Shown piece by piece: positions 39,824 to 49,923 of a stretch of 64,000 bases of DNA; position 1 is the first letter of the stretch; every line of letters starts with the position of its first letter. The stretch comes from Clostridia bacterium. Its GTDB lineage: Bacteria > Bacillota > Clostridia > UBA1212 > DUPL01. The stretch covers positions 256,001 to 320,000 of the forward strand of contig JBMNIW010000003.1 in NCBI GenBank assembly GCA_050951325.1, read 5' to 3'. The notes beneath the pieces were generated by a model that was not told where the DNA came from, did no database searches, and saw only the letters and a program-made list of their open reading frames with translations. The position numbers and the translations under genes were made by a program.

Positions 39824-41229
39824 TGTGCCTCATCCAATACTACTTTTAATTCTATTTCCTTCTCCGAGCTTGGTCTGAACACTTTTACAACCACTTCCTC
39901 GCCTGGAGCAAACTTCAAAAGTTCCTTTCTTAGATCGTAGAAGTTGTTTACTTTATTACCTGCAAATTCTACAATTATGTCATTCTCCCTCATGCCAGCC
40001 TTGTCAGCAGCAGAGCCCCTCAACACCTGATACACAAGAGCACCGTTCGGATATCCATACTGCCTTGCTATTGTGCTGTTGTAGTTTGTGTTTACAGTTA
40101 CACCAAGAGCTGGCCTTATGACAATTCTGTCTTTTATGAGTTTTTCAACAATATCTGTTATTGTATTTGATGCAATGGCAAATCCCATGCCTTCATAGTC
40201 GGTGGAAACTATCTTTATAGCCGATATGCCTATCAGTTTGCCTTCGCTGTTTAGCAGTGCACCACCGCTGTTTCCAGGGTTGATTGCAGCATCAGTTTGA
40301 ATCAAATCGTAAGCGGAAGAACCACTGCCCATAACGATATTTCTGTTAACACCGCTGATTATACCTTTACTTACGGAGTTCATGAATTCAAGTCCACCTG
40401 GGCTTCCTATTGCTATTGCAATATCCCCTACCATAACCTCGTTGGAGTCTGCAAACTCCAATGGAGCAAGCCCTGTTACATCAATTCTTAGAACTGCCAG
40501 ATCAGTAACAGTATCGTAACCTATGATGTTTGCAACAAAAAATTCGGATAAATCAGTCTTCAGGTACACCCTCACTTCGTAATTCGGCATTACGTCTCTT
40601 GTCTCTGGACTGAGGGCTTTTTCAATAACGTGGGCATTCGTTATAATATAGCCGTCTTCGGAATAAATGACACCCGAGCCCTCACCAATAACCTGAACCT
40701 GTATATCCCAGAACACACCGGAAGTCTTTACAACCTGTATGCCTACCACCGACCTGGCGGCTTTGGCGTAAACCGCGGTTGAAATGGAGTCAATATTGTC
40801 TACCTCAAGGTTAATTGGCGGACCATTGTCAATAATTATGGTGTCGCCATTCTTTTTGTTCATGTTTCTACCTGTCAGCGACTCAATCAGTGTATTGCCA
40901 AAGATACTGAACACGACAGAAGCCATGAATCCTATTACTGCGAATATGAAGGCTATGACAACAACGGTTGCAATGGATACTCCTTTTTTGGATGAGTCAT
41001 AAGTACTTGCAATCTGCTCTCTTTGTCTTCTTTTTTCTTCCTTTTCTTTTCTCTTTGCTTCCTTAAGCTCCTGCTTAAGCTTCCTAATATTCTCAATATA
41101 ATATTCCGTATTAGGAGTGTCCTTTTCTTCTTCCTTTTCTATTTCAACCACATTTTCGCTGTCGCTATTTTCAACAACCACATCTTCAGTAACTTCTTCG
41201 TTCATGTTGTCGTCCTCATACATGTTCAT
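39820..41229 (-). CDS. htrA: HtrA/DegP serine protease with PDZ domain
   Basis: GSG, ITNAHV, DLAV, QTDAAINPGNSGG, PDZ. Confidence 0.93.
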   Translation of the reverse strand: MNMYEDDNMNEEVTEDVVVENSDSENVVEIEKEEEKDTPNTEYYIENIRKLKQELKEAKRKEKEEKRRQREQIASTYDSSKKGVSIATVVVIAFIFAVIGFMASVVFSIFGNTLIESLTGRNMNKKNGDTIIIDNGPPINLEVDNIDSISTAVYAKAARSVVGIQVVKTSGVFWDIQVQVIGEGSGVIYSEDGYIITNAHVIEKALSPETRDVMPNYEVRVYLKTDLSEFFVANIIGYDTVTDLAVLRIDVTGLAPLEFADSNEVMVGDIAIAIGSPGGLEFMNSVSKGIISGVNRNIVMGSGSSAYDLIQTDAAINPGNSGGALLNSEGKLIGISAIKIVSTDYEGMGFAIASNTITDIVEKLIKDRIVIRPALGVTVNTNYNSTIARQYGYPNGALVYQVLRGSAADKAGMRENDIIVEFAGNKVNNFYDLRKELLKFAPGEEVVVKVFRPSSEKEIELKVVLDEAQ

Positions 41230-41309
41230 AATGTTTCCTCCTTTTTCATTTTTTTCATTGTAATAATTCCATTTTACCATATAGTGAACCAACAATGAAA
41301 AATTGTGTC

Positions 41310-42908
41310 TTAAGAGTGTTCTTTTGGTGGTCTTGCCACTGTAAATGTAAACTTGGAACCTTTTCCAAGACTGCTGTCAACCTTAATATCCTGATCATGT
41401 GCAATAAGGATTTTCTTAACTATGGACAAACCAAGACCCGTGCCTTTCTTGTCCTCACTTCTGGATTTATCGGATTTGAAAAATCTTTCAAAAATCATTG
41501 CCTGGTCTTCTTTTGAAATACCTATTCCAGTATCCTCTACATTTACCTCAACCTTGTCTTTTAATCTCTTTGTATATACTTTTATCGTTCCACCTTTTGG
41601 TGTGAACTTGATAGCATTCTGAATAAGGTTGATAAGTACTCTTTGCAAGGAGTTTCTGTCTCCATAAACATTCTCCTGCTCATTGTCTAAATCCAGTTCA
41701 ACTTGCAATTCCTTGTCATTGATAAGCGGCTCTAGCTTGATAATACAATTTCTAATATCAACATTAATATCAAACACCGTAAAATGGAATTCCATGTTTC
41801 CAGACTGCATTTTTGCAATATCAAGAAGTTCATTTACTAGAGTACTGAGTCTGGATATTTCACTTCTTACAATCTTTAAATAATACTCATGCTTTTCAGG
41901 AGGTATTACGCCATCCATTATTCCGTCAATAAATCCACCTATAGAAGTCATGGGTGTACGCAATTCATGGGATACATTTGCTATGAAGTCGTTTCTTACC
42001 CGGTCAAGATTCTCTAGAGCTATTGTCATGTTGTTAAAACTGTCTACAAGATCGCCTATTTCATCCTTCGTTGTCCGTATGACATTTCTCTCAAAAGAAC
42101 CTGCCGCAAGACGCCTCGAGGCTTCTTGCAACGCCCTTACAGGTTCCGTAATCCTCTTTGTTGATATGGAAAGAACGATGACTTGTATCAAGACCGCAAT
42201 ACATGTGGACAGCATGAAGTACAGTATAACCTTTTGCCGTGCCTCCAGAATCTCAGGAGTGGATACGGATATGCAAACCGTGCCATATACCTGCTTGATT
42301 CTGGTTTCCGGCTCAATGTATACGAGTCTTCTGCTGATAGTTAGAAATGGGACCTTTTCATCCCTGAAAAGTCCATGGTAATGTTTTTTGTCAACAACGT
42401 AACCATCTGTTCTCAAGCTGGGTACGTACTGTTCTTTGTTTGGAAAGCGATATCTGCCGTTGTCAAGGATAAGATTTGCCACTATGCTGTCATTTAAAAA
42501 TCGACTGCCATGCTCTATTCTCTTGTCTGCCATGTCGGGTAAAAGAGGGTATGAAAAACCAACATAGCCCCTGTCGTCGGTTATGAAAATATTGGCCCCC
42601 ATTGTCTGGTTGCTTATTTTCATCAGGCTATACAGGTTGTAGAAGTATTCGTTTGTTTCGTGTTCTACGGGAACAAATTCCCCTACATACTCGTCACTGG
42701 TCAGATACTGGGTAACGTAATCCGATATGGTATCCGCAGCGCTTTTCAAGTCGTCCATTCTGCTTGCTATAAGGTAACTCTCAACGAGTTTGTACATTAT
42801 TGTTCCCGATAGAACCGATGACAATACAATCGTAATAGTGAAAATGGCAAGAAACTTGATATAGATCGAGTGGATTCTGAGTTTCTTATCCTTTGACGCA
42901 GGTTCCAA
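41310..42908 (-). CDS. HAMP sensor histidine kinase
   Basis: SHELRTP, NL..NAIKFT, D.G.G, GTGLGL. Confidence 0.95.
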   Translation of the reverse strand: MEPASKDKKLRIHSIYIKFLAIFTITIVLSSVLSGTIMYKLVESYLIASRMDDLKSAADTISDYVTQYLTSDEYVGEFVPVEHETNEYFYNLYSLMKISNQTMGANIFITDDRGYVGFSYPLLPDMADKRIEHGSRFLNDSIVANLILDNGRYRFPNKEQYVPSLRTDGYVVDKKHYHGLFRDEKVPFLTISRRLVYIEPETRIKQVYGTVCISVSTPEILEARQKVILYFMLSTCIAVLIQVIVLSISTKRITEPVRALQEASRRLAAGSFERNVIRTTKDEIGDLVDSFNNMTIALENLDRVRNDFIANVSHELRTPMTSIGGFIDGIMDGVIPPEKHEYYLKIVRSEISRLSTLVNELLDIAKMQSGNMEFHFTVFDINVDIRNCIIKLEPLINDKELQVELDLDNEQENVYGDRNSLQRVLINLIQNAIKFTPKGGTIKVYTKRLKDKVEVNVEDTGIGISKEDQAMIFERFFKSDKSRSEDKKGTGLGLSIVKKILIAHDQDIKVDSSLGKGSKFTFTVARPPKEHS

Positions 42909-42910
42909 AT

Positions 42911-43606
42911 TTATTTCACCTCAAATTTATAACCAATTCCCCACACTGTCTTAATTGACCATGGATGAGATGGGTGCTCAATTTTCTCGCGCAATCTCTT
43001 TATGTGTACATCCACCGTTCTGGAATCCCCAAAGAAATCATATCCCCAGATGTATTCAAGAAGCTGATCTCTTGTAAACACCTTATTTGGATTTGAGGAT
43101 AAAAAGTATAACAACTCGAGTTCTTTAGGAGGCATCTGTACTTCTTTTCCGTCTACTTTTACAGTGTATGTGGTCTTGTTTACCAACAGGTTTGGATATA
43201 CAACCTCTTCCTGGGTATCCTTCTCGGAACCACCTGAACGCCTCATTACCGCCTTTACTCTAGCTATGAGTTCCTTTGGCTCAAAAGGTTTCACAAGGTA
43301 ATCGTCCGCTCCCAATTCAAGCCCAAGAACCTTGTCAAAGGTGTCGCCTTTTGCCGACAACATGATTATGGGAATCTGACTTACTTTTCTTATTTCCCTG
43401 CATACCTGCCAGCCATCCGCACCTGGAAGCATGATGTCCAGTATTACCATGTCAGGAGTGGTCCTTTTGAATTCTTCAATTGCTTCGATACCGTCGTTAG
43501 CTGTACTTACTTCGAACCCTTCTTTGTCTAGATATAAACGGACCAGTTCGCAGATATTCTCGTCGTCATCAACTACTAAAATTTTAACTTTGCTGTATTG
43601 TGCCAT
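42911..43606 (-). CDS. OmpR-family response regulator
   Basis: VVDD, LDIMLP, GADDY..KPF, RTVDVHI.RLR, TVWG.GY. Confidence 0.96.
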   Translation of the reverse strand: MAQYSKVKILVVDDDENICELVRLYLDKEGFEVSTANDGIEAIEEFKRTTPDMVILDIMLPGADGWQVCREIRKVSQIPIIMLSAKGDTFDKVLGLELGADDYLVKPFEPKELIARVKAVMRRSGGSEKDTQEEVVYPNLLVNKTTYTVKVDGKEVQMPPKELELLYFLSSNPNKVFTRDQLLEYIWGYDFFGDSRTVDVHIKRLREKIEHPSHPWSIKTVWGIGYKFEVK

Positions 43607-43731
43607 GTAAAAGCCTCCTTTAAAAATTCTTAATTTATTAGTGATTATTTAAAAATATAGTATTAACATATTATACTATATTAATTAAATAATACTATAC
43701 AACATTATACCATGAAAGAAGGAATTTTACC

Positions 43732-44826
43732 ATGAAATTAGGAATTATAGGTTTGCCCAACGTAGGAAAAAGCACACTTTTTAATGCAATAACAGGACAA
43801 GGAGCAGAAAGTGCCAACTATCCCTTTTGCACCATAGATCCAAATGTGGGTGTCGTTGCTGTTCCCGACCCCAGATTGGATGTACTTCAAAAAATGTTCA
43901 ACTCAGAAAAACTAACACCGGCACATATTGAATTTGTTGATATTGCAGGACTTGTGAAAGGCGCCAGCAAAGGAGAAGGACTTGGCAACAAGTTTCTTTC
44001 CAACATAAGGGAAGTGGATGCGATTATCCATGTAGTAAGATGCTTTGACGATGAGAATATTATCAGAGTTGACGGTTCGGCAAACCCTAAAACCGATACG
44101 GAAACAATAAATTTTGAACTTATTTTTTCAGATATTGAAATGCTTGAAAGAAGAATTGACAAAACCCAAAAGATGTCAAAAAGTGGAGACAAGGCACTAC
44201 TTAAAGAACTTGAGCTGTTAAACAGACTTAAGGAACACCTTGAAAGCGGTAAAAGCGCAAGAACATTTCCAAGGACGGAGGAAGAAGAAGAAATAATATC
44301 CACCATTTATCTACTCTCGGACAAGCCCGTTATCTACATGGCAAATATATCTGAAGATGACATAATGGACCCGGAGAACAACAACCATGTTAGAGAATTA
44401 AAGAAAATCGCCGATGATGAAAATGCTGAACTGATTGTTGTATGCAGCAAGCTGGAAGAAGAAATTTCAGCTCTTTCCAAGGAAGAAAAGGAAGAATTCC
44501 TTAAAGAACTGGGTATTGAAGAATCCGGCCTCGACCAACTCATAACTTCAAGTTACAGACTTCTTGGCCTCATAAGTTTCCTTACAGCAGGGCCGAAGGA
44601 AGTCAGGGCATGGACCATAAAAAAAGGAACAAAAGCTCAAAAAGCTGCTGGAAAAATCCACAGCGACATAGAAAGAGGCTTTATTAGAGCAGAGGTCATT
44701 CCCTTTGAAGAACTGGTAGCTGTTGGAGGTATGACTGCTGCCAAAGAAAAAGGACTTGTCAAATCCGAAGGAAAAGAGTATATTATGCAAGATGGCGATG
44801 TAACACTGTTTAGGTTTAATGTGTAA
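43732..44826 (+). CDS. ychF: ribosome-binding ATPase YchF
   Basis: GLPNVGKST, NYPFCTI, DIAGLV, IH.D.ERGFIRAE. Confidence 0.97.
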   Translation: MKLGIIGLPNVGKSTLFNAITGQGAESANYPFCTIDPNVGVVAVPDPRLDVLQKMFNSEKLTPAHIEFVDIAGLVKGASKGEGLGNKFLSNIREVDAIIHVVRCFDDENIIRVDGSANPKTDTETINFELIFSDIEMLERRIDKTQKMSKSGDKALLKELELLNRLKEHLESGKSARTFPRTEEEEEIISTIYLLSDKPVIYMANISEDDIMDPENNNHVRELKKIADDENAELIVVCSKLEEEISALSKEEKEEFLKELGIEESGLDQLITSSYRLLGLISFLTAGPKEVRAWTIKKGTKAQKAAGKIHSDIERGFIRAEVIPFEELVAVGGMTAAKEKGLVKSEGKEYIMQDGDVTLFRFNV

Positions 44827-44873
44827 AATACCATGTAGTTTCAAATAATTATAATAAATTTTGGAGGGATTTA

Positions 44874-45923
44874 ATGAAACTTGCTATTGTTGGATATGGA
44901 GGAATGGGCGCATGGCATCATGAAAACATTAGAGCCCGCATTCCGGAAATAGAGGTTGTAGGCGCATATGATATAAGGGAAGAAAGACAGGAAGAAGCCA
45001 AAAAACAGGGTTTGCGCACATACAATACTTTTGATGAACTTGTAAGCGATGACTCTATAGACATTGTCACCATCGCAACGCCAAACAACTTCCACAAAAA
45101 ACAGGCAATCAGGTGCCTCGAGAGTGGAAAGCATGTAATATGCGAAAAACCCGTTACCATGAACGCCGATGAACTGGAGGAAATCATCGAGGTTGCAAAA
45201 AAATGCAACAAAGTGTTCACAGTACATCAGAACAGACGCTGGGACCGCGACTTTGTCATGATAAAGAACATAGTTGAGAGCAACACGATTGGAAAACCCT
45301 ATATGATTGAAAGCAGGGTTCTTGGGTCCAAAAGGGTTCTTAACGGCTGGAGAGGTGCTAAAGAAAACGGCGGCGGCATGGTATTCGACTGGGGTGTCCA
45401 CCTCATTGATCAGATTCTTTACCTTACCGACTCCCCTGTTGTTGAAATTTACGGCCACTTGTTCTCAATCTTCTCAAAAGAAGTTGACGACAACTTTAAA
45501 GCACTGTTCAAATTTGAAAATGGACTTTCTGCAATGATAGAAGTTGCAACCAACTGCTTCATCCCCCAGGCCAGATGGCACATGTCCTGCGAGGATGGAA
45601 CCGCCATCATTCACGACTGGAGCTGTAATGGTACAATTATTAAGTTGAAGGACGAAAGCGAACTTGCCTGGTCCGATGTAATTGTATATACAGAAGCAGG
45701 TCCTACAAGAACAATGGCTCCACGCCCAAGGGAAACCACAGAAGAACTTCCATTGCCTGAAGTAACAACCGACTGGTCCGATTATTACAGAAACGTAATC
45801 GACCACATTAATGGAAAAGCAGATTTGATTGTAAAACCTGAGCAGTCGTTAAGGGTAATGAAGGTTATAGATGCCATTTTTGAATCCCACAGGACCCAGT
45901 CCATGATTAAATGCAGAATATAG
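44874..45923 (+). CDS. Gfo/Idh/MocA oxidoreductase
   Basis: G.GGMG, TPN..H, CEKP, QNRRWD, GG...DWG.H. Confidence 0.92.
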   Translation: MKLAIVGYGGMGAWHHENIRARIPEIEVVGAYDIREERQEEAKKQGLRTYNTFDELVSDDSIDIVTIATPNNFHKKQAIRCLESGKHVICEKPVTMNADELEEIIEVAKKCNKVFTVHQNRRWDRDFVMIKNIVESNTIGKPYMIESRVLGSKRVLNGWRGAKENGGGMVFDWGVHLIDQILYLTDSPVVEIYGHLFSIFSKEVDDNFKALFKFENGLSAMIEVATNCFIPQARWHMSCEDGTAIIHDWSCNGTIIKLKDESELAWSDVIVYTEAGPTRTMAPRPRETTEELPLPEVTTDWSDYYRNVIDHINGKADLIVKPEQSLRVMKVIDAIFESHRTQSMIKCRI

Positions 45924-45936
45924 TTTTCTAGAAATG

Positions 45937-45974
45937 AAAGTGGGACAGACTAATTAGTCTGCCCCGCTTTTTTT
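45937..45974. terminator. bidirectional terminator
   Basis: AAAGTGGGACAGAC-TAATTA-GTCTGCCCCGCTTT. Confidence 0.75.
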
Positions 45975-46039
45975 ACGGTTTAATTACTCCATCTTTTATT
46001 GTCTTCTCTATCAGATTGCCTACTGCAATCTTGATTTCC
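45973..46039 (-). pseudogene. C-terminal remnant of the IS-disrupted DUF4091-like gene
   Basis: EIKIAVGNLIEKTIKDGVIKP* directly past the IS right end, followed by a terminator. Confidence 0.65.
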
Positions 46040-46215
46040 CTGAAACTCTGCGTGGCTAAAGCCAGCAGGTTCTAACGTACTTTCCAACTTCTGCACTAAC
46101 CCGAAAGTATAGTGCCACTAATTGGTTTCCGTTAGACTTTTACCACCAATTGTTCCTACGAACAAATTAACGGTAGTTTAGGCTCGTTTCAAAACCCATT
46201 ATATAAACTCATATT
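46040..46215 (-). ncRNA. putative TnpB omegaRNA (reRNA) scaffold
   Basis: About 170-nt structured region between the tnpB stop and right end (CTACC...GGTGG, GCACTA...TAGTGC, RE hairpin); 5' boundary uncertain. Confidence 0.6.
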
Positions 46216-47666
46216 ACATTCTTTAATGCTTGTCTTACTTCACTATTATTTAATCTTTCAATTTCTTTATCATGTAGTATTTTAAACCTCTCAAAATCTC
46301 GTTTACATTCTTCTTGATTAATATTGCATAAATCATCGTTAACGTGCTGTATTAAAAATGCACTATATAAATCCCTTTGTATTTTAATGCCGTTTAAATC
46401 ATTCCAACGTTGACTTAATTTTTTCTTATTATATCTGCAATTCAAATGATTATATTGGCTTGCTTTTACTTCTTTAGTATTAACTTTTATAAGTTTTTCA
46501 CCAAAATATTTTAATTTATTGTCTAGTATGGTTAATAATTTTGCTGGTGCTTTATTGGCTAAACTTTTACCAAACCGTTTCTTACGTTTAAATTTACCTT
46601 TATCGTTCTTTTCAGTTTTCTTGTTTCGTTTCTGCAATCCTTTAAAATTCATTTCTTCAACTTTTATCTTATTACCGAGAGATAATATATAATTACTTAA
46701 TAATTGGTGTTGATATTCTCTTACGTCTGCTTGTTTTCTATATAATTCTCTTAGTTTGTTCTGTGCTTTAATATATCTATTAGATTTGACCCATTTAAGT
46801 TTACCTTTTTTTATTGTACCATCTTCATTAAAATTATCAGGATTATTAGCACGTCTGCTTCTATCCATATACCTCAAAATTCTACGCTTTTCTTTTTCAA
46901 TATTATTTACTCTATCGGCTAATTCTAATAATTTTACATCTACATTTGATACTATTGCTATTGTTTGAGTACCAATATCTAACCCCACTGTACCATTTCC
47001 TATATGTCTTTTAACCCCACCATCTTTATTTATCTTCATAGGAGGTACACCTTTGAATACTATTTGAAGATAATATTTGTATTTACCTTTTATAAATCTA
47101 CGTTTAATTCTACAATAGCATATTTCATCTTTTAGTGCTTGGTACTCATAAGGATTATTATAATCTATTTTTACAGATATTTTTAACCCATTCCATATAA
47201 GAAAACCATCTTTAAATCTTATGCCTGTTTTATTGCTTTTACCTTCAAGAGAATCTAATTCTCCATATTTTTTGAAGTGTACTATTTCACCATCTCCAAA
47301 CAATAAATCTTCAAATGCACTCCATACTCTTGTTGCTATTTTTTGTGCTGTGAAACTATCTATATTTTCCGAGAAATGATGTTGCATTTCTTGTATATCT
47401 TCATGTAGTGAATATTCATTGAGCCTATATTGCTTATACATTTCATTTAATTGCTTATATAATAGTTTCTTCTCTTTTTCATTTGCATTATTAATTTGCT
47501 CCTTTAACTGCCTATATTTTTTAGTTTCAATCATAGATTTATAACGTTTATATGCTTTAGATAATACAGCATTGTATAATTGTCTGCTAATTTCAAAACG
47601 CTTATTTAAAATAGTTTCTTGATACTTTTCAGTTATTAATGGAAATGTTACACAATATCGACTCAT
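46209..47666 (-). CDS. tnpB: RNA-guided endonuclease TnpB
   Basis: RuvC I VGLDIG, II KVEEM, III QRDLYSA. Confidence 0.92.
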   Translation of the reverse strand: MSRYCVTFPLITEKYQETILNKRFEISRQLYNAVLSKAYKRYKSMIETKKYRQLKEQINNANEKEKKLLYKQLNEMYKQYRLNEYSLHEDIQEMQHHFSENIDSFTAQKIATRVWSAFEDLLFGDGEIVHFKKYGELDSLEGKSNKTGIRFKDGFLIWNGLKISVKIDYNNPYEYQALKDEICYCRIKRRFIKGKYKYYLQIVFKGVPPMKINKDGGVKRHIGNGTVGLDIGTQTIAIVSNVDVKLLELADRVNNIEKEKRRILRYMDRSRRANNPDNFNEDGTIKKGKLKWVKSNRYIKAQNKLRELYRKQADVREYQHQLLSNYILSLGNKIKVEEMNFKGLQKRNKKTEKNDKGKFKRKKRFGKSLANKAPAKLLTILDNKLKYFGEKLIKVNTKEVKASQYNHLNCRYNKKKLSQRWNDLNGIKIQRDLYSAFLIQHVNDDLCNINQEECKRDFERFKILHDKEIERLNNSEVRQALKNVI

Positions 47667-47683
47667 AAATATTCACCACCTTT

Positions 47684-48082
47684 CTATACGTTTTTTTGAT
47701 TTTCTATATATTTTTGTATTGTTTCTTCTGAAATATATCCTATAGTGCAACAAAAATAACTTCGTGTCCAAAGAGAAGGTATTCTACTTCTTAACTCTGG
47801 ATATTTATTTCTTAATATCCTACTACTTGTTCCTTTAAAATATCTTATTAATTCATGCAGTGGTTGTCGTGGGTCAAAACTTATAAACATATGAACATGG
47901 TCGGGCATTATTTCTAATGCTTTTATTTCAACATTCTTTTCTTTTGCAATATCATAAAATATTTGTCTTAAATCTTTTTCAATATTACCAACCAATACTT
48001 TCCTTCTATATTTAGGACAAAACACTATATGATATTGGTTAAGATATACAATACCTTCTTTGTGTATATATTTATCATTCAT
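47684..48082 (-). CDS. tnpA: IS200/IS605 Y1 transposase
   Basis: YHIVFCPKYRR, DHVH (HUH), KG.SSR, LWTRSYF, YIENQ. Confidence 0.97.
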   Translation of the reverse strand: MNDKYIHKEGIVYLNQYHIVFCPKYRRKVLVGNIEKDLRQIFYDIAKEKNVEIKALEIMPDHVHMFISFDPRQPLHELIRYFKGTSSRILRNKYPELRSRIPSLWTRSYFCCTIGYISEETIQKYIENQKNV

Positions 48083-48195
48083 TAGATATTCACCACCTAT
48101 CTAATTATAATATAGCATAATATTAGATGGGTGTCAAGTATCTAATAAGCCTTCATCCCAACGACTAAAGTCGTGGGCTTTCGGCTAAGTTTTCT

Positions 48196-49905
48196 GTAAA
48201 AGGTCTTTGGACACCAGGCGGTTACGTAATCCGCCACATACTCAAAATGGTCGATGGTGGATTCAGCATCCAGAGCCTTGTTAATATGCATTGGTACAAT
48301 AAGTTTGTAACCCGGGAAGTTGTTTTTGATAAGTTCACCAAAGTTTCTTACCTCATTCAGCATACTTATATCCAGCGGCTCATCTATGGGATAGAAATAT
48401 GCCTTATCAAGCCATTCCTCCTTCTGTGACAGGAAGTCGTATGAATGCTTAATATTGCTCTCATTAAGCTGTCTCTTCCATCCCATATTAAGGAACGATG
48501 TAACTCTCGGGTTATCCAGATACTCAAGAATTCTATCATCGTCATAATACTCTGTGGCATAAGGGAGAGTGTATGAGCAGATTCTGTTTTCCAAAAGAAA
48601 ATCGTAATAGTTTTTGTACAGTACGCCGTCATCGCCTTCATACTTCTTATGACTTGCATATATATTGTACCAACTTAGATCCATAAGCGTTTTATTTGAA
48701 GTTTTCTCAGGAAGTTCAAAATCCCAGACATATGCAAAAACCTTCGCCTTCTTTACCTCGCGTCCAGAAGAATCCTTCAAAGTAACTGTTGCCACATACT
48801 CTCCAGCTTCAGTATCAAGTTCGCTTTTTACTTTAACAACAAAAGACTTGCTCTTGTTGGCTTTTAAATCAAAAGAACCTTGTAATGGTGGAAGAGGATC
48901 TATTATCATCTCTTCTCTTACCTCGAAGTAGTGACCTTCAAACATCTCGGTCCTCAATGTCTTTCCGTTTTTGTTTTTAAAGTCAGTTATCTCAAGAGTC
49001 ATGTTAGAATACTCTTTTTTTGAAGACAGTATAAGTTGACAGGACTCAAGCTCATTTTTTGCCAGTCTTAGCTGGTATGTATTCATCTTGCCTGGCTTTG
49101 TCTTATCTTCAGGAGTTCTTGTATATGTGTGGTCGAACCACATATTTATATTCTTTTCCTCATTTGCCGCCTTTTGTGGCTTGTATTTTGAATATTCGGT
49201 ACCTGGATCCTTTATGGACAAAAGCTTTTTTATGTACTTTTCAGTTTCCTTGTCCCATTTCTTTTCCAATTTCGTATTCGACTTTATACCCATTACCTTT
49301 AAAGCAGTATCCATGTCCTTTGCAAACAGAATCTCTGAGATGTACATGGACTCGCCCTTTGAAACCGCAGCCGTGGTAAAGTCAAACCTCAATACATTAA
49401 CCAGGTCCACCCAGTTTGGATCCTTGGTCATGTCAAAGAATATGTACTGCCATTTGCTGGTACTGTTGTCATAGATTGATATGGAAGATTGTCCGCCTTT
49501 TATCTCGGTACTAATTCCATTGGCATAGTACATCTCAAAGTTGCTTCCCGTCAAATTCTCTACCCGTACTCTGAGCATAACCACATCAAAATCATCCGCA
49601 AACAGATCCTTTTCGCCAATTTCCTTTATATAGTCACGGAAATTGAAATGAATATATGGGTCTGTTGCAGAATCAACAGATGTGGACAATTTGAGGACAT
49701 TTCCTTCCTTTTTGTCCTTGACGAAATCAAACTCACACTGATTCGGGCCAAACAAATACTTGGAAGCAACGTCACTGTTGCCCAACGGAATTCTTCTCAG
49801 CCAGCCCTTTGGAATTTTCAAGTCCTCTTCCTCCTTTGTACATCCAATGGGCAGAAGCATGAGAATAGCAAGCAACAAACATAACACCCTTGAAGTAAAG
49901 CTCAT
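48196..49905 (-). pseudogene. lipoprotein of the DUF4091/GH123-like class, truncated by the IS
   Basis: Lipobox PIGC; LAKNE.ES.Q, V.DF.LP, AYFYP.DEP, WCPK; the ORF tail RKLSRKPTTLVVGMKAY is IS sequence. Confidence 0.75.
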
Positions 49906-49923
49906 GTAACCACTTCTCCTTTT

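Larger units (their letters stand above)
46040..48195 (-). mobile_element. IS200/IS605 family element (tnpA+tnpB)
   Basis: Left end after TTTAC with AAAG guide plus CCCACGAC-TTTA-GTCGTTGGG hairpin; right end GAAC guide plus CTGCTGGC-TTTA-GCCACGCAG hairpin ending TCAG; visibly more AT-rich than its flanks; no TSD. Confidence 0.92.
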
